NCBI RefSeq assembly: GCF_036507355.1
Contig: NZ_AP027877.1
DNA from: Escherichia coli
GTDB taxonomy: Bacteria; Pseudomonadota; Gammaproteobacteria; Enterobacterales; Enterobacteriaceae
Strand: one strand, 5' to 3'
DNA: 64,000 nucleotides
Numbering within the stretch: position 1 is the stretch's first letter; every line of letters starts with the position of its first letter. The notes beneath the pieces are model-generated. The model was not told the origin of the DNA. It saw only the letters and a program-made list of their open reading frames with translations, and made no database searches. This document shows positions 1 through 11,298 of this stretch, piece by piece. The translations under genes and the position numbers were made by a program.

Positions 1-4
1 CAGT

Positions 5-745
5 ATGCGTAAAATCGCATTAATTCTTGCGATGTTGTTGATCCCGTGCGTTTCGTTTGCCGGTTTGCTGGGCAGCAGTAGCTCGACCACGCCAGTGAGC
101 AAAGAGTATAAGCAGCAGTTGATGGGATCCCCTGTCTACATCCAGATCTTCAAGGAAGAACGTACGCTCGATCTCTACGTCAAAATGGGCGAGCAATATC
201 AACTGCTCGACAGCTATAAAATCTGTAAATATTCCGGCGGCTTAGGGCCAAAACAGCGTCAGGGCGATTTCAAAAGCCCGGAAGGGTTTTATAGCGTCCA
301 GCGTAATCAATTAAAACCAGACAGCCGTTACTACAAAGCGATTAATATTGGTTTCCCCAATGCCTATGACCGTGCGCATGGTTATGAAGGGAAATACCTG
401 ATGATCCACGGCGATTGTGTTTCCATCGGCTGCTACGCGATGACCAATCAGGGCATTGACGAGATTTTCCAGTTCGTTACTGGCGCACTGGTATTTGGTC
501 AGCCGAGCGTGCAAGTGAGCATTTACCCGTTCCGCATGACCGACGCTAATATGAAGCGCCATAAATATTCCAACTTTAAGGACTTCTGGGAGCAGCTGAA
601 GCCAGGCTACGACTACTTTGAGCAAACCCGTAAGCCACCGACCGTTTCTGTGGTCAATGGTCGTTACGTGGTCAGCAAGCCGTTAAGCCACGAAGTTGTG
701 CAACCACAGCTGGCATCAAACTACACGCTCCCCGAGGCAAAATAA
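5..745 (+). CDS. yafK: L,D-transpeptidase-family periplasmic protein YafK
   Basis: 246-aa ORF with N-terminal signal peptide ([19 protein letters not shown]); sequence and synteny match K-12 yafK next to yafJ/gmhA. Confidence 0.85.
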   Translation: MRKIALILAMLLIPCVSFAGLLGSSSSTTPVSKEYKQQLMGSPVYIQIFKEERTLDLYVKMGEQYQLLDSYKICKYSGGLGPKQRQGDFKSPEGFYSVQRNQLKPDSRYYKAINIGFPNAYDRAHGYEGKYLMIHGDCVSIGCYAMTNQGIDEIFQFVTGALVFGQPSVQVSIYPFRMTDANMKRHKYSNFKDFWEQLKPGYDYFEQTRKPPTVSVVNGRYVVSKPLSHEVVQPQLASNYTLPEAK

Positions 746-1483
746 GCGCCATTCGCCTGGCATAATCTTTTGCCAGGTTTCATTGCCCGTCAGCGGCTGT
801 GTTGCAATCACCGTGACCACATCATTCGGTGTGGTCTGCGAGCTGAAGTCGATTTCCACATCCTGATCCAGCAACGTTGCCACGCCAAACGGCGCGCGGC
901 GGGTGATCCAGTGTAAATTAGTCGAGCAATACGCCATTACATAGCGCCCGTCAGAAAGCAGCATGTTGAAAACGCCCTTCTGCCGCAGTTCATCCGCCAG
1001 TGAGGCGATATATTTAAATACCGCCGCCATGTTGCCCGGTGTGCGCGGGTAACGCTGCGTTAATTTATGCAGGAGCCAGCAGAAGGCTTTTTCGCTGTCG
1101 GTTTCGCCTACCGGGCGGAAGTTGCCGGTTTCCAGTGATTTGTAGCCCGTCAGTTGTCCGTTATGGGCATAAGTCCAGTTACGCCCCCATAACTCGCGGG
1201 TAAATGGGTGAGTATTTTCCAGCGCCACCTCGCCCCGATTAGCCTGGCGAATATGAGCCACCACCGAACAGGATTTTATCGGGTAGTCCTGGACAAGTTT
1301 GGCGATGGGGGAATTAAAGCTGGGTTGTGGATCTTTAAATGTGCGACAGCCTTTACCTTCGTAAAAGGTAATGCCCCAGCCATCTTTATGTGGCCCGGTT
1401 CCACCACCACGCTGTACAAGCCCGGTGAAACTAAAGCAGATATCGGTAGGGACGTTGGCGCTCATCCCGAGCAATTCGCACAT
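716..1483 (-). CDS. yafJ: class II glutamine amidotransferase-like protein YafJ
   Basis: ORF 716..1498; likely start at the internal Met-Cys ([11 protein letters not shown]), typical Ntn-hydrolase N-terminus; synteny. Confidence 0.8.
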   Translation of the reverse strand: MCELLGMSANVPTDICFSFTGLVQRGGGTGPHKDGWGITFYEGKGCRTFKDPQPSFNSPIAKLVQDYPIKSCSVVAHIRQANRGEVALENTHPFTRELWGRNWTYAHNGQLTGYKSLETGNFRPVGETDSEKAFCWLLHKLTQRYPRTPGNMAAVFKYIASLADELRQKGVFNMLLSDGRYVMAYCSTNLHWITRRAPFGVATLLDQDVEIDFSSQTTPNDVVTVIATQPLTGNETWQKIMPGEWRLFCLGERVV

Positions 1484-1544
1484 GGGTAACCTCCACAACA
1501 GCGGGAGCGCATGGCCCCCGGCGAAGATTGATTTAAGAATTTTC

Positions 1545-1583
1545 AGGTCGGATGCGGCGTGAACGTCTTATCCGGCCTACGCC
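1545..1583. repeat. REP (repetitive extragenic palindromic) element
   Basis: ggtcggatgcggcgtgaacgtcttatccggcctacgcc, classic REP consensus in the yafJ-gmhA intergenic region. Confidence 0.6.
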
Positions 1584-1587
1584 AGAC

Positions 1588-2166
1588 TTACTTAACCATC
1601 TCTTTTTCAATTAACTGGATCAGGATATGGATCACTTTAATATGGATCTCCTGAATGCGGTCGGCATAACCAAAGTGCGGAACGCGAATTTCGATATCCG
1701 CCGTGCCAGCCATTTTGCCGCCGTCTTTACCGGTCAGGGTGATCACTTTCATCCCCTTCTCATGCGCCGCCGCGATCGCTTTGATCACGTTTGCAGAGTT
1801 ACCGGAGGTGGAGATCCCAAGCAGTACATCCCCTTCGCGACCTACCGCTTCAACGTAACGGGAGAAAATATCATTGAAACCGAAATCGTTACCGACGCAT
1901 GAAATATGACTAACGTCAGAAATAGCAATCGCCGGGTAGCCCGGACGGTTTTCACGGTAGCGACCGGTCAACTCTTCGGCAAAGTGCATGGCGTCGCAAT
2001 GGGAGCCGCCGTTGCCGCAGGAAAGCACTTTGCCACCGGCTTTAAAGCTATCTGCTAACAGGACCGCCGCGCGCTGAATGGCGTGAATATTGGCGTCATC
2101 TTTTAAAAAGTTAGCCAGCGTTTCCGCCGCTTCGTTCAGTTCGTTACGAATAAGATCCTGGTACAT
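1588..2166 (-). CDS. gmhA: D-sedoheptulose 7-phosphate isomerase
   Basis: ORF 1588..2328 contains the 192-aa GmhA sequence starting at internal [18 protein letters not shown] domain; the upstream extension is probably not translated. Confidence 0.85.
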   Translation of the reverse strand: MYQDLIRNELNEAAETLANFLKDDANIHAIQRAAVLLADSFKAGGKVLSCGNGGSHCDAMHFAEELTGRYRENRPGYPAIAISDVSHISCVGNDFGFNDIFSRYVEAVGREGDVLLGISTSGNSANVIKAIAAAHEKGMKVITLTGKDGGKMAGTADIEIRVPHFGYADRIQEIHIKVIHILIQLIEKEMVK

Positions 2167-2367
2167 GAGGATATCCTTCAGCATAAATGTAATAGACAAA
2201 ATGCAGTGTACCGGATACCGCCAAAAGCGAGAAGTACGGGCAGGTGCTATGACCAGGACTTTTTGACCTGAAGTGCGGATAAAAACAGCAACAATGTGAG
2301 CTTTGTTGTAATTATATTGTAAACACATTGCTAAATGTTTTTACATCCACTACAACCATATCATCAC

Positions 2368-2384
2368 AAGTGGTCAGACCTCCT
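2368..2384 (+). promoter_or_regulatory. FadR operator-like site upstream of fadE
   Basis: aagtggtcagacctcct resembles the FadR box consensus (AnCTGGTCnGACCTGTT), about 20 bp before the fadE start. Confidence 0.5.
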
Positions 2385-2405
2385 ATAAGTAAGGGGCTTT
2401 TCGTT

Positions 2406-4850
2406 ATGATGATTTTGAGTATTCTCGCTACGGTTGTCCTGCTCGGCGCGTTGTTCTATCACCGCGTGAGCTTATTTATCAGCAGTCTGATTTTGCTCGC
2501 CTGGACAGCCGCCCTCGGCGTTGCTGGTCTGTGGTCGGCGTGGGTACTGGTGCCTCTGGCCATTATCCTCGTGCCATTTAACTTTGCGCCTATGCGTAAG
2601 TCGATGATTTCCGCGCCGGTATTTCGCGGTTTCCGTAAGGTGATGCCGCCGATGTCACGCACTGAGAAAGAAGCGATTGATGCGGGCACCACCTGGTGGG
2701 AGGGCGACTTGTTCCAGGGCAAGCCGGACTGGAAAAAGCTGCATAACTATCCGCAGCCGCGCCTGACCGCAGAAGAGCAAGCGTTTCTCGACGGCCCGGT
2801 AGAAGAAGCCTGCCGGATGGCGAATGATTTCCAGATTACTCATGAGCTGGCTGATTTGCCGCCGGAGTTGTGGGCGTACCTTAAAGAGCATCGCTTCTTC
2901 GCGATGATTATCAAAAAAGAGTACGGCGGACTGGAGTTCTCAGCTTATGCCCAGTCTCGCGTGCTGCAAAAACTCTCCGGCGTGAGCGGGATCCTGGCGA
3001 TTACCGTCGGCGTGCCGAACTCATTAGGCCCGGGCGAGCTGCTGCAACATTACGGCACTGACGAGCAGAAAGATCACTATCTGCCGCGTCTGGCGCGTGG
3101 TCAGGAGATCCCTTGCTTTGCACTGACCAGCCCGGAAGCGGGTTCCGATGCGGGCGCGATTCCGGACACCGGGATTGTCTGCATGGGCGAATGGCAGGGC
3201 CAGCAGGTGCTGGGGATGCGTCTGACCTGGAACAAACGCTACATTACGCTGGCACCGATTGCGACCGTGCTTGGGCTGGCGTTTAAACTCTCCGACCCGG
3301 AAAAATTACTCGGCGGTGCAGAAGATTTAGGCATTACCTGTGCGCTGATCCCAACCACCACGCCGGGCGTGGAAATTGGTCGTCGCCACTTCCCGCTGAA
3401 CGTACCGTTCCAGAACGGACCGACGCGCGGTAAAGATGTCTTCGTGCCGATCGATTACATCATCGGCGGGCCGAAAATGGCCGGGCAAGGCTGGCGGATG
3501 CTGGTGGAGTGCCTCTCGGTAGGCCGCGGCATCACACTGCCTTCCAACTCAACCGGCGGCGTGAAATCGGTAGCGCTGGCAACCGGCGCGTATGCTCACA
3601 TTCGCCGTCAGTTCAAAATCTCTATCGGTAAGATGGAAGGGATTGAAGAGCCGCTGGCGCGTATTGCCGGGAACGCTTATGTAATGGATGCTGCGGCATC
3701 GCTGATTACCTACGGCATTATGCTCGGCGAAAAACCTGCCGTGCTGTCGGCTATCGTTAAGTATCACTGTACTCACCGCGGGCAGCAGTCGATTATTGAT
3801 GCGATGGATATCACTGGTGGCAAAGGCATTATGCTCGGGCAAAGCAACTTCCTGGCGCGTGCTTACCAGGGCGCACCGATTGCCATCACCGTTGAAGGGG
3901 CTAACATTCTGACCCGCAGCATGATGATCTTCGGACAAGGAGCGATTCGTTGCCATCCGTACGTGCTGGAAGAGATGGAAGCGGCGAAGAACAATGACGT
4001 TAACGCGTTCGATAAACTGCTGTTCAAACATATCGGTCACGTCGGTAGCAACAAAGTTCGCAGCTTCTGGCTGGGCCTGACGCGCGGTTTAACCAGCAGT
4101 ACGCCAACCGGCGATGCCACTAAACGCTACTATCAGCATCTTAACCGCCTGAGCGCCAACCTCGCCCTGCTTTCTGATGTCTCGATGGCGGTGCTGGGTG
4201 GCAGCCTGAAACGTCGTGAGCGTATCTCGGCACGTCTGGGTGATATTTTAAGCCAGCTTTACCTCGCCTCTGCCGTTCTGAAGCGTTATGACGACGAAGG
4301 CCGTAATGAAGCCGACCTGCCGCTGGTGCACTGGGGTGTACAGGATGCGCTGTATCAGGCAGAACAGGCGATGGACGATTTACTGCAAAACTTCCCGAAC
4401 CGCATGGTTGCCGGGCTGCTGAATGTGGTGATCTTCCCGACCGGACGTCATTATCTGGCACCTTCTGACAAGCTGGATCATAAGGTGGCGAAGATTTTAC
4501 AAGTGCCGAACGCCACCCGTTCACGTATTGGTCGCGGTCAGTACCTGACGCCGAGCGAGCATAATCCGGTTGGTTTACTGGAAGAGGCGTTGGTGGATGT
4601 GATTGCCGCCGACCCGATTCATCAGCGGATCTGTAAAGAGCTGGGTAAAAATCTGCCATTTACCCGTCTGGATGAACTGGCGCACAACGCGCTGGCGAAG
4701 GGGCTGATTGATAAAGATGAAGCCGCTATTCTGGTGAAAGCTGAAGAAAGCCGTCTGCGCAGTATTAACGTTGATGACTTTGATCCGAAAGAGCTGGCGA
4801 CGAAGCCGGTAAAGTTGCCGGAGAAAGTGCGGAAAGTTGAAGCCGCGTAA
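2406..4850 (+). CDS. fadE: acyl-CoA dehydrogenase FadE
   Basis: ORF 2328..4850; real start at [14 protein letters not shown] (814 aa); N-terminal TM segments and acyl-CoA dehydrogenase sequence. Confidence 0.9.
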   Translation: MMILSILATVVLLGALFYHRVSLFISSLILLAWTAALGVAGLWSAWVLVPLAIILVPFNFAPMRKSMISAPVFRGFRKVMPPMSRTEKEAIDAGTTWWEGDLFQGKPDWKKLHNYPQPRLTAEEQAFLDGPVEEACRMANDFQITHELADLPPELWAYLKEHRFFAMIIKKEYGGLEFSAYAQSRVLQKLSGVSGILAITVGVPNSLGPGELLQHYGTDEQKDHYLPRLARGQEIPCFALTSPEAGSDAGAIPDTGIVCMGEWQGQQVLGMRLTWNKRYITLAPIATVLGLAFKLSDPEKLLGGAEDLGITCALIPTTTPGVEIGRRHFPLNVPFQNGPTRGKDVFVPIDYIIGGPKMAGQGWRMLVECLSVGRGITLPSNSTGGVKSVALATGAYAHIRRQFKISIGKMEGIEEPLARIAGNAYVMDAAASLITYGIMLGEKPAVLSAIVKYHCTHRGQQSIIDAMDITGGKGIMLGQSNFLARAYQGAPIAITVEGANILTRSMMIFGQGAIRCHPYVLEEMEAAKNNDVNAFDKLLFKHIGHVGSNKVRSFWLGLTRGLTSSTPTGDATKRYYQHLNRLSANLALLSDVSMAVLGGSLKRRERISARLGDILSQLYLASAVLKRYDDEGRNEADLPLVHWGVQDALYQAEQAMDDLLQNFPNRMVAGLLNVVIFPTGRHYLAPSDKLDHKVAKILQVPNATRSRIGRGQYLTPSEHNPVGLLEEALVDVIAADPIHQRICKELGKNLPFTRLDELAHNALAKGLIDKDEAAILVKAEESRLRSINVDDFDPKELATKPVKLPEKVRKVEAA

Positions 4851-4856
4851 TTGAAT

Positions 4857-4883
4857 AACGGAGCCGAAAGGCTCCGTTTCTTT
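4857..4883. terminator. bidirectional rho-independent terminator between convergent fadE and ivy
   Basis: hairpin aacggagccgaaaggctccgtt followed by tct-rich tract. Confidence 0.55.
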
Positions 4884-4892
4884 ATCCGCTAA

Positions 4893-5366
4893 TTATTTAA
4901 AATTAAAGCCATCCGGATGGTTTTCCAGGCTGCCGGTCAACGCCGCGAACAGCACCGTTTTACCATCAATCGAAAGCGCATCGTTCACATTCAGCCAGGT
5001 GAGTTTCTCTTGCGACGTTTTCTCATCAATAGTCGAGAACAGCCCCGTCATCTGATTAGATTTCTCGGACCACATCACAGCGATACGTTGCGAGCCACAG
5101 TCATGCGGTTTGCACGCGCTCATCACCTGATACGTCTCATCTCCCAACGTTACGGTTTGTGCGGGAGTATAAGTACCGCCTTTCATCACCCATGCAGGTA
5201 GCTTATGCCCTTGCACCATCTGATTAAACGCAGCTTTGGTGGTTTCGCCCTTTGCCAGGCTGCTAATGGTTAAATCATCCTGCGCCATTGCACTGGTGGC
5301 GATGACCAGAGCGGCGACTGTCGTTATTGCCTTAAACATCATTCCTCCCGAGCTTATCCTGCCCAT
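4893..5366 (-). CDS. ivy: inhibitor of vertebrate lysozyme Ivy
   Basis: 157-aa ORF with signal peptide (MGRISSGGMMFKAITTVAALVIATSAMA) and CKPHDC motif. Confidence 0.9.
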   Translation of the reverse strand: MGRISSGGMMFKAITTVAALVIATSAMAQDDLTISSLAKGETTKAAFNQMVQGHKLPAWVMKGGTYTPAQTVTLGDETYQVMSACKPHDCGSQRIAVMWSEKSNQMTGLFSTIDEKTSQEKLTWLNVNDALSIDGKTVLFAALTGSLENHPDGFNFK

Positions 5367-5516
5367 GTTATTAACCTCCTAAAGCCTGGCGATAACACGA
5401 TAATTTGCAAATCAGATATTTCCAATATCAGCATTTGTTATCAATTTATTCTGCGCTAAGGCAACTGCCTGATAAGGTGTTAAAGTTATAAAACCCTTCG
5501 CATAAAGGAGTTGTAC

Positions 5517-6287
5517 ACCGTGCCTGGTTTGAAGATTACGCTTTTGCAGCAACCACTGGTGTGGATGGATGGCCCTGCCAACCTGCGTCATTTTGATCGT
5601 CAACTGGAAGGTATTACCGGGCGCGATGTGATCGTTCTACCGGAGATGTTTACCAGCGGCTTTGCCATGGAAGCGGCTGCTTCGTCGCTAGCACAAGATG
5701 ACGTAGTGAACTGGATGACAGCCAAAGCGCAGCAGTGCAATGCGCTGATTGCAGGCAGTGTTGCATTACAAACGGAGTCTGGTTCGGTTAACCGCTTTTT
5801 GCTGGTTGAGCCGGGCGGCACGGTACATTTTTATGATAAGCGTCATCTGTTCCGCATGGCAGATGAGCATCTGCATTATAAAGCGGGCAATGCGCGAGTG
5901 ATTGTGGAATGGCGCGGCTGGCGTATTTTGCCGTTGGTGTGCTACGACTTACGTTTTCCGGTGTGGTCGCGCAATCTCAACGATTATGACCTCGCCATCT
6001 ACGTTGCCAACTGGCCTGCTCCGCGCTCTCTGCACTGGCAGGCATTGCTGACGGCCCGCGCGATTGAGAATCAGGCGTATGTGGCGGGATGCAATCGCGT
6101 CGGCAGCGATGGCAACGGCTGCCATTATCGCGGTGACAGCCGGGTGATTAATCCACAGGGCGAGATTATCGCTACTGCCGACGCGCATCAGGCAACGCGC
6201 ATTGATGCGGAGCTGTCGATGGCGGTGTTAAGGGGATATCGCGATAAGTTTCCGGCATGGCGGGATGCGGATGAGTTTAGGTTGTAG
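5517..6287 (+). CDS. yafV: carbon-nitrogen hydrolase family protein (omega-amidase) YafV
   Basis: ORF 5511..6287; probable GTG start ([11 protein letters not shown]); nitrilase/CN-hydrolase-like sequence; synteny. Confidence 0.85.
   Translation, partial: TVPGLKITLLQQPLVWMDGPANLRHFDRQLEGITGRDVIVLPEMFTSGFAMEAAASSLAQDDVVNWMTAKAQQCNALIAGSVALQTESGSVNRFLLVEPGGTVHFYDKRHLFRMADEHLHYKAGNARVIVEWRGWRILPLVCYDLRFPVWSRNLNDYDLAIYVANWPAPRSLHWQALLTARAIENQAYVAGCNRVGSDGNGCHYRGDSRVINPQGEIIATADAHQATRIDAELSMAVLRGYRDKFPAWRDADEFRL
6245..6277 (+). repeat. direct repeat copy 1 (native yafV 3' end), repeated at 8794..8826
   Basis: 28 of 28 identical bases (aagtttccggcatggcgggatgcggatg) plus 4 of 5 following bases are shared with 8794..8826. 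Confidence 0.8.
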
Positions 6288-6299
6288 TGAGTGGGTGTT

Positions 6300-6530
6300 G
6301 TGTTTAGGGCTGGGGAGAGTCGGGGAAGACTACGAAAGCCCGCTCTCCTGCGACCACTTTTATCATAGGAGTGTGGAAGTGCTTTTCCATCAATCGCGAT
6401 GACGTCTTTGTCATTTGATGAATGGCAGTCACGCATCCAGTTAATAAAGCATTCGTGAAATTATACTGAACGGATACAAGACATAACTCTAATTATGGTG
6501 CCGTGAACAGGATTACCATTTTCAAAATTA
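6300..6530 (-). mobile_element. H-repeat-associated (ISAs1-family) transposase remnant with large internal deletion
   Basis: minus-strand translation gives FENGNPVHGT and [27 protein letters not shown], matching the N-terminal third of YhhI-type H-rpt proteins, joined directly to 3'-end sequence; compare K-12 yafF pseudogene at the same position. Confidence 0.55.
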
Positions 6531-6560
6531 CGATATTATTTGCAGTAATTATGTTATTAA

Positions 6561-7073
6561 TCATTGTGATATTTCCATCTCTGTGATTAATACCGGATAA
6601 GCATTTAATTGCAGAGTTTGCACGAAATTATCGCAGATAACTGGCAATAACAATAACCCATCAGCCCGCTGCTGTAATACCTCCATTCGTTCTACTGATT
6701 CAACATTAACAACCAAACCAAGGGCATTTAGCGATTTAAGGATCTCCAGATGTTCACTCATCCAGCGCAGAGAAAAAGGATCATCACCAATTATAAAAAC
6801 AGGCCCCCAGCCGGTTAATAACTGGCGTTTCATTACGGAGCCAGGATGAAGTCGAGTACATATTACAGGAAATACCCCCTGTTGCGATGGTTCCGATGAT
6901 GTGGATAATTCAGAAATATTTTGCATTGTTAGTGAAGAATTAACATCCATTAATAATGGTGAAACAACCTCACTTTCCTTGCTAGTAATGGCTGCACTAA
7001 TCTGAAAGGAAAATAACAATATTATTACGTATAAACTCATTTTTAACATAACACATTCAATCCGTTTATTCAT
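6561..7073 (-). CDS. hypothetical secreted/membrane-anchored protein (orphan, low GC)
   Basis: 170-aa ORF; hydrophobic N-terminus MLKMSLYVIILLFSFQISA; AT-rich codon usage typical of horizontally acquired cargo; no family recognised. Confidence 0.4.
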   Translation of the reverse strand: MNKRIECVMLKMSLYVIILLFSFQISAAITSKESEVVSPLLMDVNSSLTMQNISELSTSSEPSQQGVFPVICTRLHPGSVMKRQLLTGWGPVFIIGDDPFSLRWMSEHLEILKSLNALGLVVNVESVERMEVLQQRADGLLLLPVICDNFVQTLQLNAYPVLITEMEISQ

Positions 7074-7139
7074 GTTATAGAATAATGATGCTATAAATCA
7101 TCATTAATGTTCAATTATTTAATCACACAATTTAAAAAA

Positions 7140-7571
7140 TCATTGACCAATGTGAATTGGCAATGTACCACTCAAGTTAAAATCACTGAATATTTTATCA
7201 ATTTCTCTTGCAGTTTCTATATATTTAACCTCTTTCGTACTTGCATTATAAATAGCCCAAGCCTCGGAATGGGATGTTTCACCAAACCTTACAAAAAAAC
7301 TTGATTTCATATTATTATATAAATTAACATCAGGAAAAGGATCTTCTCCAAAATTAGTAGTATTGAATAATGAAAGTTCGTATCGCTTAGAAAATTCTAT
7401 TGGTAGGATAGCTTCACTGCCATCAATAGCATTCATCCAGAGTTTGTTACCATTATATTCCAACAATAATCTCTGTTTTGCATGTGTCTTATCTCGTTCT
7501 TTAACGACAGCGAATACCTTTTTAACAACTTGCTGTGCGGATGGTCCTATTGTATTACCAAAAGCTGGCAA
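7140..7571 (-). CDS. hypothetical protein (orphan, low GC)
   Basis: 143-aa ORF between two H-rpt remnants; no family recognised. Confidence 0.35.
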   Translation of the reverse strand: MPAFGNTIGPSAQQVVKKVFAVVKERDKTHAKQRLLLEYNGNKLWMNAIDGSEAILPIEFSKRYELSLFNTTNFGEDPFPDVNLYNNMKSSFFVRFGETSHSEAWAIYNASTKEVKYIETAREIDKIFSDFNLSGTLPIHIGQ

Positions 7572-7871
7572 CCCGATTTTGCCATAAACACTCTCCTAAA
7601 TGAAATAAATATCCGTTTTATCGGCCTCGACAATATCTACCATTTATCCCTCCAAACAAGACCTGACTCCAGGACAAGAGCATAGTGTGTAGTAAACACT
7701 TCATGCTCTTGCCCTGACCATTGAAATAACAACTTTCGTTTGTTTACTGTACGCTGTCTAAATAGCTGCGTGGAATAAAGTTGCACTTTTTATCATCCCT
7801 TGCAGAGCAAGATTACGAAAGCCCGCCCCCGCAAGGACTGACGCGAGGTAGTCTCTGTCCGCAGCTGCTTT

Positions 7872-8635
7872 TCACATCTTACATCTTGCCCCTGCCATGA
7901 GTATCTTATCTTTCGTTAAAATATTAATAGCGATCTTCCGTATCCCTGAAAATAATTCTGCTGCATTTCCTCTTCTTATTTTGAAGTCATCTTTATTCAT
8001 TACCACGTCCAGATGCCAGTGCAATTTATTCTCCACTTGCCAGTGATTTCGGTTCGCTGTGGCGAACTTCTCTGCGGTTAAATCAGCAGAAATGCTATAA
8101 TATCTGACCGTCATTTCGGGATTTTTCTTTTGTTCTGCTATTATTGAGCGAAATGAGACTGCCATGCATAATTTCTTCAGCCCTTTCCATTCAAACGTAA
8201 AATCAATAAATTCATCAGAGACATGCAAACAATATGAAGACGGATTTTAATGACATAAATTGCTCCCTTGTGACGACTCTTGTCATAAGAGTGCCGGAGC
8301 GTTTTTCCATCAATTGCGATGATGTCTTTATCATCTGAAGAATGACAGTCACGCATCCAGTTAATAAAGCACTCGTAAAATTTTGCAGGACTGATACAGG
8401 ATACAACTCTGGCAATGATATCGTGAACAGGAATACCATTTTCAAAATCACCATATCACTTCAAAAAATCGAGATGTGTTTCCCCAAATCCTCTATATCT
8501 TCCCAGCCTTATGCACCAGAAATAACGGCGCAAATAGTTAACAGATAGAATATCTGGCAATTTATGTTCCACTTTCCAGGCTTGCCTGTAATCGGGGATA
8601 ATAGAAATATGTTCCATCAATTTTTTAAGTTCCAT
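7872..8635 (-). mobile_element. H-repeat-associated (ISAs1-family) transposase pseudogene (frameshifted, internally deleted)
   Basis: minus strand encodes [26 protein letters not shown] (H-rpt N-terminus, 8632 downward) and C-terminal [43 protein letters not shown] (ORF 7872..8228); about 760 bp versus about 1.1 kb for an intact copy. Confidence 0.65.
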
Positions 8636-8793
8636 TTTACCCCCCTTAATTATGCAATGAGTATTTGATCATGTATAAGCAATGAAAAACAGCTTTAGGT
8701 AATAAGGAACACCTCAATTATTGAACATAAAATGCGAATTATTTAGTACAAAAAAAGCAGTATTACGTGATTTTTCCCTGGGAGTACAGTGTG

Positions 8794-8826
8794 AAGTTTC
8801 CGGCATGGCGGGATGCGGATGGGTTT
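8794..8826 (+). repeat. direct repeat copy 2 (duplicate of yafV 3' end)
   Basis: aagtttccggcatggcgggatgcggatgggttt matches 6245..6277 with 1 mismatch; would encode ...[10 protein letters not shown], a yafV C-terminal fragment. Confidence 0.8.
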
Positions 8827-8892
8827 GAACTGGGGTGATTAGGCACTACATGTCTACATTTTCCCGGTCACCACCCCCTCAATCTTATGAAC

Positions 8893-10953
8893 TTAACCTC
8901 GGCTCACCGTTTTCGATTCCATCCAATAAATGACCCGGTTGGATGTGGGCTGATCGCCAACAACTTTGCCATCTGCAGAGATTAGCTTCAGCTCTTTATT
9001 AGCCTCATCACCGAAGTAAATCATACGGTAGCGAAAATAACCGCCCCAGGGTTCACGTCCACCCAGCGGACTTTGCATAAACCAGGCGCGGGAGTCGTGA
9101 ACCTGGTCATCATAGAGGGCCAGTAATTCAGCGCATGGCTGAGTACGCGTTCCCGTTCCCAGTGAATCAATAAAAAATTGTGGATAGAGTCCGTCTCCCA
9201 TAGCCTTAATTTGCTGATATTCTTTTGCTTCATCATCGCCATTAATCAGATACACCGGATATTTAGGAATGACATCCACAAGAATCTGAATGGCTTTCTC
9301 CATGACGCTGCCGTTAATATCGCGCGTCCATCCTTTATAATCGCTCTGAAATTCTCGGGCTGCCTCTCGCAACTGATACTGAGCATTGGTTGGGTCAAGG
9401 ATAGGAATGCCCTGATTACTTTCATCAAGTGTGCCATTCCCTTTCTGCTTGTTCGCCCGCTCTTTTTCAATATTTTCCATTTGTTCTTTACGCGCTTTAG
9501 CCTCTTTATCAAGTCCATCTTTATCCAGCTGTGGCGCCTTAATATAAAAAGGTTGCACAAGAAGGCTGTTATTCGCATAGCGACCGATACGCCAGGCGGT
9601 GATCCAGCCGATCTGATCGCTAATTGCGCTTTCAAGAACCTGGGCAAGTTGATAGGAGTGATAACCTTCCCTCGTATCAATCATTTCTTCTGTACCCTGC
9701 AAGGTGGTGTTCAGCAGCGTTTGTCGCCAGATGTTGAAGCGTTTTGTTAATGAATTAGCAATCGTAAATTCCTTTACACTAGAAGGACTCATAATTCGCA
9801 GAGGCGACACACCTTTTATTAATGGAGTAACAAATTTAGAATAAACAGCAAGTGGTGCTCCTGAATCAAATGCAGCAAGATACATATCATGCAGTGCTAT
9901 CTGAGAAAGAATTTCGCCTGAGTCACCACAGGACTTCCCCTGATCGCGAACGGGATAGCCACCACCGACATCAGAGTGCATCCCCGGATAGATAATTTCC
10001 TCTGCATTTAAAGGATAATTTCCGTCTGGACGACGGATTGAATCCAGCGGAAAGCACAGCCGCTGCTCATGCGCGGCAACGAAGTGGCGGCAGCATTTAA
10101 TCAGGCCGGGAAACTGCCTCTCATCAGGGAGTTGCTGAGTACTATCGGCCCATCCCATATGACCGGCAGCGCCCGGTAAAACATGCGCCGCCCCCACAGA
10201 AGCTACGGTATCCAGCAGCCCCAAAAACTCAATACTGACAGCTAACCCGGCCAGCATCACCTGTTGCTCCTGCGGGCAAGCTAACTGAGTCAACCAGTTA
10301 ACAAAAGTTCGTGCTTCCGCTGCGCCACGGGAAAATCCGTAGATAAACAGCTTTACGTTTAGCAGGCGCGGACTGGCTTGCTCTAACAGTCCCTGTAATT
10401 TTTCCAGGTAGGGGTTAATCACATTGCGACGATTCACTTCACCAGTCATAGGCCAGGGAGCGCGCATAAGAGGAATGTGCTCTTTTGCCACATTATCATC
10501 CAGTCGCTTATGGGAAGGGTCAATGGAATAGCTCAGGGCATCCACGAGGCGTAATAATGCCCAATTAATTCGATCTTCACCACCAGTAGCGAACTCCAGC
10601 CCGCTGTTGCTGTAATCCATTTCACCTATCTTGGGAAATGGTGTGCCTACACCCGGTATATAGTAGTTAAAATATCCCTGTTCTTCTGCGTTCTGATAGG
10701 TCGTATGAAACAGTTTGGCAATATTGGTTGGGTGTCCAGGAGTGTCATTATATTCATTATTATTTGTACCATCAAAAAACAGACTAATATGCAGACTTTG
10801 ATTACACGTAAAGCCAATTCTAAATCCAGCCTGTTTACTACAGTTGGTTTTGTGCTCTTCTGTTTTATTGATTTGTTTTAGGTAGTTCGCGTTTACCTGC
10901 GCTTCAGATAATATTAATCGCCCATCTTCAGGGAACACCGGGGGGCATAACAC
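8893..10953 (-). CDS. T6SS phospholipase effector, Tle-type (DUF2235-like alpha/beta hydrolase)
   Basis: 686-aa ORF; N-terminal LHISLFFDGTNNN motif and GxSxG lipase motif (IYGFSRGAAEA) characteristic of DUF2235/Tle1-like effectors; sits after a vgrG remnant and adaptor-like gene. Confidence 0.7.
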   Translation of the reverse strand: MLCPPVFPEDGRLILSEAQVNANYLKQINKTEEHKTNCSKQAGFRIGFTCNQSLHISLFFDGTNNNEYNDTPGHPTNIAKLFHTTYQNAEEQGYFNYYIPGVGTPFPKIGEMDYSNSGLEFATGGEDRINWALLRLVDALSYSIDPSHKRLDDNVAKEHIPLMRAPWPMTGEVNRRNVINPYLEKLQGLLEQASPRLLNVKLFIYGFSRGAAEARTFVNWLTQLACPQEQQVMLAGLAVSIEFLGLLDTVASVGAAHVLPGAAGHMGWADSTQQLPDERQFPGLIKCCRHFVAAHEQRLCFPLDSIRRPDGNYPLNAEEIIYPGMHSDVGGGYPVRDQGKSCGDSGEILSQIALHDMYLAAFDSGAPLAVYSKFVTPLIKGVSPLRIMSPSSVKEFTIANSLTKRFNIWRQTLLNTTLQGTEEMIDTREGYHSYQLAQVLESAISDQIGWITAWRIGRYANNSLLVQPFYIKAPQLDKDGLDKEAKARKEQMENIEKERANKQKGNGTLDESNQGIPILDPTNAQYQLREAAREFQSDYKGWTRDINGSVMEKAIQILVDVIPKYPVYLINGDDEAKEYQQIKAMGDGLYPQFFIDSLGTGTRTQPCAELLALYDDQVHDSRAWFMQSPLGGREPWGGYFRYRMIYFGDEANKELKLISADGKVVGDQPTSNRVIYWMESKTVSRG

Positions 10954-11298
10954 GGAAAAGCCAGACCACTTATTTTGCTGGACATGTTGCTGGTTCTTTT
11001 ACTTTGAGAGATTTTAATTGATGGGTATTGTTTCTACGACAATAAAGTTTTGACAAAGAAGCAAATAAAATGCATATCTTTCGATTGTCACACATTGGAA
11101 TATCGACAGAGCATTGATGATATTACGCAAAATATATTGCAGCCAAGTGAACTGACATTACGATCGAACACAAATGCAACATGATGGATACTACCATTAC
11201 ATGTCGAGCTTGATTTTCCGTTTATTTCACGATTATCTCTTGATATTAACAGCTACGGACTTTTAAACAGATAAATCTCCCCGTACATCACCACAATA

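Noticed and set aside
1588-2328. 246-aa extended ORF for gmhA, and similar N-terminal extensions at fadE (2328), proS (48259), dnaQ, rnhA (30757) and yaeR
   Set aside because: The six-frame track runs from the first possible start; conserved protein N-termini indicate downstream starts, so the extensions are not annotated as coding.
9178-9750. 190-aa plus-strand ORF and 144-aa minus-strand ORF
   Set aside because: Overlap the Tle lipase gene in other frames; AT-rich sequence gives long spurious frames.
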